In this document: one piece after another, positions 52,067-64,000 of the stretch
Layout of the letters: every line of letters begins with the position of its first letter
How positions within the stretch are numbered: position 1 is the stretch's first letter
Assembly (NCBI RefSeq): GCF_009914755.1
Contig: NC_060928.1
DNA from: the human T2T-CHM13v2.0 reference genome, Homo sapiens
Length of the DNA: 64,000 bases
Direction: 5' to 3' (one strand)
Program-made: the position numbers and the translations under genes
Notes under the pieces: model-generated
The model's database searches: none
Told to the model about the DNA's origin: nothing
What the model saw: only the letters and a program-made list of their open reading frames with translations

Positions 52067-52523
52067 TGTCTTCATACATTTTCTGGTGCTTACAAAAGAA
52101 TACCTGAAACTGGGTAACTTGTAAAGAAAATAAGTTTATTTCTTACCATTACGGAAGCTAAGAAGTCCAAGGTCAAGAGGCCACATCTGGTAAAAGCCTA
52201 AGAGCCTTCCTGCTGGTTGGGACTCTGAAGAGTCCAAAGGCAGTACAGGTAATCACAAGGCGAGGGGGGGTGAGCATGCTAACATGCTTAACATGCTTGT
52301 TGAGGTCTCTTCCTACTCTTATAATGCCACCACTTCCCCTCCCATGATAACCTGCTAACCCATTGAGCCACTAATTCATTAATCCATGAATGGATTAATT
52401 TGTTCACAAGGGCAGAACCCTCATGATCTAATCAATTTTAAAGGCCCCACGTTTCAATGCTGCCACATTGGGGATTAAGTTTCCAACACATGAAATGTAG
52501 GGGATGCAGTCAAACCATAGCAG
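52067..52523 (-). mobile_element. MaLR LTR (MLT1A/MST type)
   Basis: aagaatacctgaaactgggtaa...aagtccaaggtcaag...ttggggattaagtttccaaca...aaaccatagca. Confidence 0.85.
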
Positions 52524-52559
52524 CAGTCATCAGTAGCTATTTACTATAGTCAGATTGGT

Positions 52560-53960
52560 GGCCATTTACTGAATTAGAAAAAAACAAGTAGGAGCATATT
52601 TTGTGGGGAACATCATAAGTTTTTTTTTAATAACTTAAATTTGAGATTCTATTTAAAATCCATGTGGGGATGTTAAGCAGGAAATTATAAATATGAATTA
52701 GACTCAAGATAAAAACTTGGGGGTAAATGTATATGGTATTTAAATTTCTAAAACTGGATGGGATCACCGAGAGAACCGGTGTGGAGAAGAAATCCAAGGA
52801 CTGATCCCTAGGACGTTCTAAAGTTTGAAGTTCAGGGAGATGATGAGGAATCAAAACAAAAAGATTTTAAAAAAACAATGGGGAGAAGGCACTGAAGTAG
52901 TAGGGGAATCAAAAGAAAACACTTTTCTAAAAGGTAAGTGAAAGAGATGTTTCAGGAGGGTGGATTCAACTGTGATCCAACGTGGCAGCTACTGCTGCTA
53001 AAGTAGCAAGTAAAATGAGGACCGATCATTGACTAGTGGAGGTTTTACTAATTTTGCTAATTAACAGCCTGCTTCTTAATCCTCAAATGCAGGATGAATA
53101 CTTCAGTCTTAATTTTACTTGGCCTGTCTGAAATATTTAACCTGCTTGAGAACGTTCTCCTTTGACATTTAACATATTATTTTCTCTATTATTTTTATTT
53201 ATTGTATCTCTTTGCTTGGTTGTCTTTTCAGACTCCTTTTTCTTTCCTGTACTTATCCCTCAGACATTGGTGTTACTCAAAATTGTGTATGAAATGCTTA
53301 TCCAGACCTCTGTATTTTAATTTTAGGAATCTCCACCTACATGTCGCACTGACATTTTGCATTCAATATCTTTTAATAGAGCTTTATCGCTTTATCCCAG
53401 ACCTGGAGCTCCTACTGAATTCTCTCTCTCAATGAATGGGGCTAAGTTATTCAGTCAGGCAGAAGTCTACAAATCTTAAGTTCTACCTCTCCCTTGCTGC
53501 CAGTTAATTAGTTCAGCCCCTTGTCTTTCTCATCTACTTATACATGTTTTGCTACCCTGTCCCCCAGAGGCCTTTTCAAAATAGTGTCAGGATGATATTA
53601 GTAAATCACAAAATGGGATTTCTGTGTGATTTTAAAATATCGTTAGCATGTTGAAAATGTTTCAAAGACTCCCCATCTCCTATAAAGTAAAATTCACAGT
53701 TCTTACCATGATCTACATGACTTTCCATCATTCTGTCTCGCCTGTCTGTTCATTCTCATGTTCCACTACTCCTTTTTATGTGCCATTATACTTTAGGCAC
53801 AGAAAAATAATTTCCCTCTCAAAGTTCCAACCTCACCTTTTTTTTATACAGCCTTCTTGGCCACCTAAATCATAGGCACATTTTTCTTTCTGTTCCTCCA
53901 AATATGTGTTCATTCTCTATTATAGCAGCTATTGCATATTGTTTCATACATTTATTTGTG
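52560..53960. mobile_element. Degenerate L2 fragments in both orientations
   Basis: aactggatgggatcacc...ccaaggactga; later ctccccatctcctataaagtaaaattc. Confidence 0.5.
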
Positions 53961-54430
53961 TCTATTAGAAATGAAGTCAAGTGCAAATAACAGAAAATCA
54001 GTAACTAAAACAGACTTCCTTTTTTTCTTATAACAAGATGCCTGAAGATGGTGCAACAATAGTGTTAGAATTGCAGCATCTCTGCAGTTTTCTTGGCCTT
54101 TCCTTCGGGGATGCAAGACAGCTGCTGCAGCGACAGCATCACATCAATGTTCCGGTCAGAAGGGCAGGAGAATAACACCATAGATTTCCACTTGTATCTC
54201 CTTAGCTGAAGCTGGATCAGATGCCCACACCTAGGCCTCTAATTGTCCAGATGATGAAATTACTATGACTGACATAGACCAAACATCATTCTCCTCCTAG
54301 GATAGGTAAACAGCCTTTCCTCCCTGAGATCAGTGTAATTCCACCTGTACCAAAAGAATGTGGGACTCTGTTGGCAGGGAAGGAGACAAGTGAGAATGGT
54401 TGTTGGTAGATTAGACAACATGTGTCTGCT
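53960..54430 (-). mobile_element. Old MLT1-like LTR
   Basis: gtgcaaataacagaaa...tgcaagacagctgctgcag...ggactctgttggcaggga. Confidence 0.5.
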
Positions 54431-55789
54431 GTGTGTCTAGCTCTTCTGCTCTAAGTTTCTTGAAGCAGCTTTTTTTTTTCTGCTTTGTTTACTTCTTGTT
54501 TATCTTTGTATCTTTAATAACTGGCTTTAGTTCCTGGCCATGATTTATACTATTTGCCAAAATGAATGAAATAAAATGATGCAACAGATATATATGGATT
54601 AATTTTTTCACTAAATAATATGTCACATTAATGAGATAGAAACATAGGCAAATAATACATTTGGTAAGGCAAAACGACACCAATTCTGCTTATTGTATTA
54701 CTATAGACAGTAATGACTGAATTTTAATAACCATGTATACTCGGGGTGATGAAACATGGTAATTATATTTAAAGACAAGAAATGAAGAAGGCTGTAAGTA
54801 ATTGACATTATTGACTAATTGAGAATTTCGCTTTGTAAAATATGATTTGAAAATAGGCAACCTAAAAGCCGACCTGAGATTTGGCTGCATAACCGAGAAA
54901 TGCAACATTACAGTGGCTTAAAAGTCCAGGTTTTCCGGGATTGAGACATCTTCCAGTTCCCGTTCTACTATTCTTTGGTATAACCCTTGTCCTTAACGAT
55001 CCAAGATATTTGCTAATGTGCCAGCCTTACTTTCCAAGTTCCAAATGGAAGAAAAAGGGTGAGCTGAAAATGGTATGCCTTTTCTCTTAATGCAAACAAT
55101 AAATCCCAATGCTTTTTATTTTCAAAAATTTGTGGAAATATAGTGTCTAAGATACTTTCCATTTTAAAAATTATTTTCTCCAATGTTAGATTCATCTGCA
55201 TTTTACAAAATGCTTTTCATGGGATATTTTTAATTTATTTACTTTTAAGTCTTAGGAAATAGCAAAGAGAAGATGAATTTTAGACAGGGAAATATAGGCT
55301 CATCCAAAAATATACATACTTTTGAAAAGCTTATTATACTTTTTCTGCTACATCAAGCCACTTTCATAAAAGAGTAAAATGTTTTTCTTTGAATTTTAAT
55401 AAAGACTACATTTATATTTCTTAGAAATAAAGAGTACTTAAACTGTTTGGTAGATTTTCTTAGAAAACCAAATTATATTAAATAGCAATTAACTTAGAAG
55501 TCTATTTTTTCCTCTAAAAATTAATAATATTTTGTTCATGAGGCACTGTGGCATACGTGGGGCATTTTAGACTTGTTATATTACCCTAATGCAAGTGATT
55601 TGATTTTTTAATGCTTAGACTAGAACAATTAGGGATTCTGGCTAGGAATTTGGGTTAAATTTTCAGGAGATGGGGGCTGAGTAATTCATTAAAAAGAACT
55701 CATTGACTATGATGATTATGATTCGTGCTACACAAACATATCATTCAGAGGCAATTCTTCCCTTAGGTTGTTTTTATTTTTGTTTTTAA

Positions 55790-58700
55790 GCATAAATAGA
55801 ACATTATCAGCACTCACTACCACCACCAAGGATACCACTAGCAGAATAGATAAATATTGTACATTTTTGTGCTTTGTATTCATGGAATACAGTATTATTT
55901 TTATATCTGGCTTCTTTCATTATTTGTGAGTTTCATCTGTAGGGTTGCATGTAGTTGTTACTTATTCTCATTATTATGAACTTTTCCACACAGTATGAAT
56001 ATACTGTATCATTGTACTATTAAAGTATACTTGAGCAGTTTATACTTTATAAATAGAAATACTGTGAATATTCTAATACATGTCTTTTGATGAACATTAC
56101 CCATTGCTGTTGGCTATACACTTAGGAGTGGAAATGCTGGTCATGGGGTATGTATTTGTTCGGCGTTAGAGGATTCGGCCAATGAGTTGTCCAAAGCATT
56201 TGCCCCAGTTTACGTTCCCCTGAGCAGTATATGAGTTTCAGTTACTCTGCACTGTCGCCAATCTGTGGTATTGTGCATTTTAGTCCTTCTGTTGGGAGGG
56301 CAGCAGTATCTCTTTGCAGTTTTACTTTGTATTTCCCTTATGACTGGTGTTATTGAGCAACTGTTCATATGCTACTTAGTTATTTGGATGATCTGAATTT
56401 ATCTTCCCTTTTGTCCATTTTTCTATTGGTTTGCCAGTCTGTTTTGTTTTGTTTTTGTTTTTGTTTTTTTTTGGTTGTAAGTGTCCTTTGTTGAACATAG
56501 GTGCTATAAACATTTTCTCCCTTGCCTTTCACACTTTTAACAATGTCTTGATGAATGCAAGTGTTTTAGTCTGTTTTGTGTTGCTATAAAGGCATGCCCA
56601 AGGCTAAGTAATCTATAAAGAAAAAAGATTTATTAAGCTCATGATTCTAATGTCTGGAAAAGTTCAAGACTGAGCATTTGGTTCGGGTCTCAGGCTGCCT
56701 CCACTCATGGTAGAAGGTGAAGGGGAACTGGTGTGTGCAAAGAACACACAGCAAGAAAGGCAGCAAGGAGCTGGGGGTGCCAGGGTCTTTTTAACAACCA
56801 GCTTTCCTGGGAACTAGAGTGAGAACTCACCCTTTTACTGAGAGAAGGCATTAATCTATTTATAAGAGAGCTGCCTCTATAATACAGACACCTTTCCATT
56901 ACATCCATCACACCTCCAACATTGTGATCAAATTTCAACATGAGGTTTGAGGGAGGACAAACATCCAAATTATAGCAATAAGTTTGTAACCATAATATTG
57001 TCCTATATGTCAATGTTTTCCCTTGTGATTGGCATTTTTTGTGTCCTATTTAATGAGTCTTTTCCTATCCCTAAGATAAGATGTTATCGTTAGTTTTCTT
57101 TTAAAGCTTTAATACTTTACTTTTGTATTTACTTTTATAATCATCCTCTCTTTTTAAAATTGTTAGCTTACTGTCGAGATTATATATATATATTATATAT
57201 TATATATATATATAAAATATATATATATATACACACATGCTTATATTTCCATAAGGGCATTCAATTATGCAGAATCATTTACTGAAAGGTCTGTTCTGTG
57301 CCCCACTGAATTATCACCTTCACCATAAATCACTTAACGGTATATGAAGAGATCTATACTGGACTCATGCTGTTCCATTAGTCAGTTTGTGTATCTTTGC
57401 GTCACCACCACCCTGTTTTAATTATAATAGCTTTATAATGGATAGTATAACATTAGGCTTGTTCATATAAAACCTCAGTCTTTTGCAAGACTCCCTTGGC
57501 TATTCCTGGGCATTTACATTTTCATATGCATTTTAGAATTTGCTTGGCACTTTTCATACATAAAAAAAATCTGCTAGGATTTTTGATTAGGATTGAATTA
57601 AATCTGAAGATTAATTTTGAGAGAATTTACATTTTCACATTTAATCTAATTCATTAACTCCATGTATCTTTACTTTTTTGTTTAAGATTTTTATGTTTAA
57701 TTTATGAGAGACATTGCTGTGTAGTTCCCTTCTTACACGTCTTTTTCAGGTTTGGGGAAGATATAAAGAAGTGAGAAGTGATTCCTTTTACTATATTCTC
57801 AAAGAGTTTATGTAACATTTCTTTTTGAACTATTTTAAAGAATTCGCCAGTGAAACGATCTGGGCCTGGAAGGTTGTGTATGGGAAAAGTTTTACATGTA
57901 GACTTATATTCATATTCAGGCTAAACAGATTTTCTCATTCTTCTATCAACTTTGGTAACTTGTATTTCTTTTTGAAGAATGTGTCCATTCATCCAAGTTA
58001 TCCAATATATTGGTGTGAAGGTGGATATAGTATTCTTATTTTTTTATGTCAGTAAGTTCTATAGTGATGTATTTTTTTATTCCTGATAAGGATCTGATAT
58101 GGATATTTGTGTTTGTTCTGTATTTTTCTTGATCAGTCCTTCTGTGAGTTGATATAAGGGAAGCAGTGTTTGGTTTAGTTGATTTCCTCTACTGAATGTT
58201 TGTAAACTATTTCGTTGCTTTCACCTCTTTTTGGAATGATTTCCTTTTCTACATTTTTTGGGCTTGATTTGCTTTTCTTTTTCCAGTTTTTAAAGATAGA
58301 AACTTAAATCTTTGACTTTTCTTCCTTTTCCTTTTCTACTAGAAAGAAGTGAAATATAATTGATGCTATAATCCTCCCCCACTCAAGCATTAATCTAGCT
58401 GCAACCCACAAATTTCTATGTTTAGACTTTGCTATTTAGTGCTAAATATTTTCTAACTTCCATTTTTATTTCTTTTCTGATTCCAAGATTATTTAGAAAT
58501 GCATTCTTTAATTTCTAGATAGTTGTGGATTTTGTAGTTTTATTTATTGATTTCAGACTTAATTCTATCCTGATTTTAAAATATACTCTGAATGATTTCA
58601 GCGTTTTAAAGTTTGGTTAAATTTTCTTTATGGCTCTGCACACGGTTAATTTTTGTAAGTAGCCCATGTTTATTTGAAAAGAATGTGAATTCTATCATTA

Positions 58701-60280
58701 TTGGGTACAGTATCATATATATGTCAGTTGAGTCCTTTTCTGTATGTTGTTCAGATCCTATGGGGTTTTATCTGTTTATTCTATCAGCTATTGAGATTTG
58801 TTACTTAAAATCTACCATTATGAGTGTAGATTTACATAGTTTTCCTTTAATTGTGTCATTCTTTTTTTGTCATTCTTGCTTTATATAATTGAAAACTATG
58901 TATGTCATTTGGATGCAACCAGTTTTAGGATTATTATACATTTCAGTCTCATTGTCACCTTTATCTTTAAGCAACGTTCCTCTCTTTTTGGTAATATTTC
59001 TTGCCTCAAAATCTATTTTATCTTTGATTTACATAAGATCTTTCTTTTGGTTAATATTTGTATAGTTTATCATTTTCTGATCTTTGACTTTCAACTATTC
59101 TGTAACCTTTTATTAAAGTGTGCCCTATGTAAAGAGCTGAATTTTTTAATGTAGATGCTAATTTTATTTTGATTTGTAATTTTATTTTCTCTTATTCAAT
59201 ATGTAACTGTTATAATTTTATTTATATATACAAACTTTTTCTTATTTACAGTTTTTGTTTTCTGATTTACAATTTTTAATTAATTACACTTTCCTTCAAT
59301 TAACTTGCTGATAGTATGTTTATTTACTGTTCCTTTTTATAATTACCCTGGAGATTCCGGCATGTAAATTTGACTCATTATGGTTTAATACAAATGATTA
59401 CTTTTACCTCTTCTTTAATACTAATACTAACTCCATTTATCCTGCTGTCTTTTGTGTTACTGTTTTCATATAATTTAGTGCTACAAATATTTTAAATTTC
59501 ATAAGACATTACAATGATCATTTTGTATAGTTAATATTTATTTATATTTAACTACATATTTTCCCTTTCTGATGATCTTCAATATTTCTAACATTTTCAT
59601 GTTTCTTATCCTTCTACCTAAAGAAATCCCTTATATTTTTTTTTCTAGAATGGGTCTACTAGCAATGAATTTACTAGGTTTTGTTTGTATGAAAACTTAC
59701 AATGAAAACGTTCATATTCTTCCATTTTTAAATAATATGTTTACTGAATTTTTAGTTATCTTTTTCTCAGCACTTTAAAATGTAATTTCTTTGCATTCTC
59801 ACTTCCATTATTTCTGTTGATCTTTGACTGTAACATGACCATTTTTAAGATTTAATATTTTCTTTTTGTGGTTTCTGGCATTTTAGTGTGATGTGCATAG
59901 ATAAGGTATCGCTTTAACTTACCCTGCTTGGAGCTTGGTAGCTTCAGAAATCTTAGTTTTAAAATCAGTTTCAGAAATTTCTCATTCTTTATCTCTCTTT
60001 GGTTTCACTATATTATCCCTTTCCTCTCCTTCTTATACTACTCTTACATACATGTTTAACTTTTCAGCATACCTTATCTGTCTCTTATGCTTTGTTCTAT
60101 TTCTCTTTTTCTCTATGCATTGATTTTGGCCTATACCATTTATTTATGTTCCACTGAACTAATAGTGACTTTTGGGATATCCAATCAACTAATAAACTCA
60201 TCCATTGAGATATAAATTTCAGCCATTGTGTTTTTCAGTTTTAGAGTGTAATATTCATTTTATTTTTATTTTAATCAATT
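55790..60280 (-). mobile_element. Ancient L1M(E)-type fragments
   Basis: T-rich antisense L1 motifs (ttaggagtggaaatgctgg, aattcgccagtgaaacgatctgggcctgg, tttgaaaagaatgtgaattct). Confidence 0.65.
56562..56977 (-). mobile_element. MST-type MaLR LTR
   Basis: tgttttagtctgttttgtgttgctataaagg...caaatttcaacatgag...atagca. Confidence 0.88.
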
Positions 60281-60282
60281 AA

Positions 60283-60571
<289 letters not shown>

Positions 60572-60727
60572 TTTATTTTTATATATTTTTATATATTCCA
60601 ATTATCTGGTAAAAATACTTCCTTTTTCAACTATTTTACTTTATTTGTTACTGCACATTAAAGATAGTATATGACCTAAACTAAAGAGAAGCACAGTATA
60701 TACTTTGTCACTAAAAACTTCAAACTC

Positions 60728-60858
60728 AGCCAGGAGGGTACTGTGATGAATGCTTGTAATCCCAGCTACTTAGTGACTGAAGTGGGAGGACTGCTTGAGC
60801 CCAAAACTTTGAGGCCAGTCTGGGCAACATAGTGAGACCCTATCTCTTTAAAAAAAAA
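60728..60858 (+). mobile_element. FLAM
   Basis: Monomer with A tail; ttcaaact on both flanks. Confidence 0.85.
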
Positions 60859-60987
60859 TTTCAAACTGGAATCACTAATAATTGGAGAGTGTTGTCAGCT
60901 GCACTATTTTTTCTTGTTGTTAAAGGGTGAGCTTGGAATGTCTGATCAAAGTATGAAATACTGAATCAGAAATATTTTTCTATGTAG

Positions 60988-61053
60988 ATTTCTTCAGGCC
61001 TTTCAGAACATGATAGTGGCGATCTGCTCAAGTACACATTTTCTGTGGTAATG
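60988..61053 (+). other. Candidate 66-nt exon
   Basis: tatttttctatgtag|ATT...ATG|gtaaga; frame 0 open (ISSGLSEHDSGDLLKYTFSVVM). Confidence 0.3.
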
Positions 61054-61953
61054 GTAAGAATTAAGGACGTAGAGGACCTGCTATAGATGTGGCATGAACA
61101 GGCTGAGATGATTATGGCAAAGTCAATACATTTCCTGTTGGTATTTCTTTGGATCCCAAACACATTTCCTTGATCTAATCCATCTTCAGCTTATTTAGAA
61201 AGACTTCTGTTTTCATTCCTGTCCCATGATGGGGATTATTTATTTTTTGTTTCTGCCTTCTTCATCTGCTTGTCCCTGACATTGCTTCTAACAATACTTG
61301 TGGATTAGAGAAGAATTTGTACTATATCCCAGAGATAGATTTAAGTTGCTGTGTCCTGAAATATTGATGGTTGGGGTTGGTAGACAGAAAACTAATGGAA
61401 AAGTGAAAAGGAGAAATGAAATTGCCCAAGTGAAGTTAGAAAACATAATCTAATTACACTGTATCTCTATGTGGACATGTTAATTTCTGCATTTTCCCCT
61501 TTTAATTTTGTTAATATTAGAAAGCACTGCTGTGGATTTTTAGTATGTAATTTCTTTTTATTTAGATTACGTACCTGAAAGCAGAAATTGTAATCTAATG
61601 TTTTATAGCAGCAAAATGTACTCATTAGCATAATTAGCATAAAATAAACGTACTCCCTCAGGGCTTCTTTTAGTTACAGTTTCTGTTCCCCCTCCCCAAA
61701 ACTCTTTCACAACTTCTAATAACACAGAATTAATTTTGCTTATTTTAACTTACTATAAATGGAATCATGCAATATGTATCCTTTTATGTTTGACTTTTGA
61801 TTATCATAGTTCATTCTAATTATTTTATAGTACCCTAATGTAGTATTATACTACAATTTTGATCCCCAGTTTATCAGAGTCTGGTTCTTAGCAAAGATTT
61901 GTGGGTCTCTCCTATACCCCTAAACCCCTTTCTGTGGCAGCCAGTCTCTGCTT

Positions 61954-62107
61954 TGCATGTATGAGTGCCAAGTGTTGTATGTATGAGTGCTGAGTGTTTG
62001 CATGTATGAGTGCCGAGTGTTGTATGTATGAGTGCTGAGTGCTGTATATATGAGTGCTGAGTGTTGCATGTATGAGTGCCGAGTGTAGTATATATGAGTG
62101 TTGAGTG
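61954..62107. repeat. 22-bp minisatellite, 7 copies
   Basis: Unit tg(c/t)at(g/a)tatgagtgc(c/t)gagtgt. Confidence 0.95.
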
Positions 62108-62502
62108 AGAGAGCTTTTTTTGCATTTCCTCAAACAGTGGCAGATCTATGTCTTGTTTTTGGACAGAACTGGGGACTAAGATTTTTCCCAGCCTGCTCCC
62201 TAGGGTATGACAGCTTTTGCTTCTTCCCTTTTCCTAGAACTGGTGATTTTTCCCTGGTTCCTAGGGTCAGAAAGGAGAGTTTTCTATCCCTCCTCAGAGA
62301 CAAATGAGGTTTGCTTTTACTCCTTCTCCATTGTTCCTGGAAATGAAGGTGTTCCATTTATGTATAAGTGGAAACAAGCATAACTCGGAATTTCTGTATT
62401 TTTGCCTGCCTGGTCATTATTTTATTAAATACTGATAATTTAATGTTATCTTCCTCCAGAGAGAATATACTTTTGCTTATGGAGGATATTAGAGTAGGGC
62501 AG

Positions 62503-62927
62503 TGCTATAGATTGGATGTTTATCCCTGAAAAATCCATGTTGAGATTTGATCCCCCATGTTGCAGTTAGGGTATAGTGAGGTGTTTGGATCATGGAGGCA
62601 GATCCCTCATGAATTGTTTGGTGTCATCCTTGCAGTAATGAGCAAATTCTTGCTCTATTAGTTCCTACTAGAGCTGGTTGTTTTAAAAAAAAAAAAAAAA
62701 AGCCTGGCATTTCCTTCCTCTTTTCTTGCTCCCTCTCTCTTTCCACGTCATCTCTGCGCACACCAGCTCCTCTTCCCCTCTGCAATCAGTGGAAGTAATC
62801 TGAGGCCCTAACCAGATGCAAATTCTGGTGTCATGCTTCCTGTATAGCCTGTAGAACCATGAGCCAAATAAAACCTCTTTTCTTTATAAATTACCCAGCC
62901 TTATAGCAAGACAAACAGATGAAGACA
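62503..62927 (+). mobile_element. MST-type MaLR LTR
   Basis: tgctatagattggatgtt...ggcagatccctcatgaat...gagccaaataaaacctcttttctttataaattaccc. Confidence 0.88.
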
Positions 62928-63072
62928 GACAGGTCACATTATTCTAGTCATTAAATGAATTTACTTAAGTTGAGCCTCAGGCTTTGTGAGAAATGGTCTA
63001 TTTCCATTTCTTCCTTATTATTAAGATATAGGCCCATACGGTCCTCACTGAAAGGACATCATTATCACCCAA

Positions 63073-63575
63073 TGCCAAGACCAGCTTGGTCAGGGAGACC
63101 CTAGTGGTGCTAGAGGAATTAAAGACACACACAGAAATATAGAGTATGGAGTGGGAAATTAGGAGTCTCACAGCCTTCAGAGCTGAGAGCCTCGAACAGA
63201 GATTTACCCACATATTTATTGACAGCAAGCCCATGATAAGCATTGTTTCTATAGATTATAGATTAACTAAAAGTATTCCTTACAGGAAACAAAGGGATGG
63301 GCTGAAATAAAGGGATGGGCTCTGGCTAGTTATCTGCAGCAGGAGCATGTCCTTAAGGTACAGATTGCTCATGCTGTTGTTTGTGGCTTAAGAACGCCTT
63401 AAGTGGTTTTCCACCCTGGGTGGGCCAGGTGTTCCTTGCCCTCATTCTGGTAAACCAACAACCTCCCAGCGTGGGCATCATGGCCATCACAAGCATGTCA
63501 CGGTGCTGCAGAGATTTTGTTTATGGCCAGTTTTGGGGCTAGTTTATGGCCAGATTTGGGTGCCTATCCTCAGCA
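63073..63575 (-). mobile_element. MER9 (HERV-K HML-3) solo LTR
   Basis: tttatggccagttttggggctagtttatggccagatttggg; TG...CA ends; 6-bp TSD acccaa/acctaa. Confidence 0.9.
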
Positions 63576-64000
63576 ACCTAATAGATATTTACAGAACATT
63601 TTATCCAACAGCTGCAGAATACACATTTTTCTCCCCAACACATGCATCATTTATAAGAGGAGACCATATGTTAGGTCACAAAATGTCTTAAAAAATTCAA
63701 AAGAGTTGAAATCATATGAAATATCTTTTCTGGTCACAATGGAATAAAACTAGAAATTAGTAACAAGAGAAACTTTGGAAACTATACAAACACATGGATA
63801 TTAAACAATATGCTCCTGAATGACTGGTGGGTTAATGGATAAATTAAAGAAATTGAAAATTTTTTGAGGCAAATGAAAATGGAAACACAACATACCAAAA
63901 CCTGTGGGATATATCAAAAGCAGTATTAAGAGAAACATTTACAGCAATAAATGCCTACATCAAAAAAGTGGAAAAACTTGAAATAAACAAACTAATGATG
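63576..64000 (+). mobile_element. L1 ORF2 endonuclease-region fragment, continues beyond window
   Basis: LIDIYRTFYPTAAEYTFFS..H....R.DHMLGHK in ORF 63503-63691. Confidence 0.92.

Noticed and set aside
61954-62107. CRISPR-like periodicity and His/Thr-repeat ORFs
   Set aside because: Head-to-tail units without unique spacers in primate DNA; an ordinary minisatellite

Overview
Primate (probably human) genomic DNA, AT-rich and dominated by interspersed repeats: about 18 Alu/FLAM copies, one full-length old L1 (10.7-17.5 kb, minus), several truncated L1s, L2/MIR relics, hAT and mariner MITEs, and solo LTRs. I can confirm no intact protein-coding gene; the ORF track is mostly repeat-derived or chance. 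One CpG island at ~38.2-38.7 kb looks like a bidirectional promoter (ETS, CCAAT, E-box, Sp1/G4, RFX X-box) with a strong plus-strand donor at 38530/1 and a minus-strand donor at 38009/8; I cannot name the gene. The most interesting structures are: (1) an apparent ancient L1 3' transduction (~770 bp) revealed by a split Charlie1 and a TSD; (2) a ~230-bp inverted local copy inserted into a MER81, forming a long hairpin with a near-perfect 61-bp core; (3) a duplicated ~100-bp non-coding module 1.64 kb apart; (4) a 30-nt orphan retro-insertion with poly(A) and TSD; (5) a MADE1 rearranged into a perfect 41-bp miR-548-like hairpin. Repeat subfamily names come from remembered consensus sequences and need Dfam/RepeatMasker confirmation; boundaries of ancient repeats are approximate.
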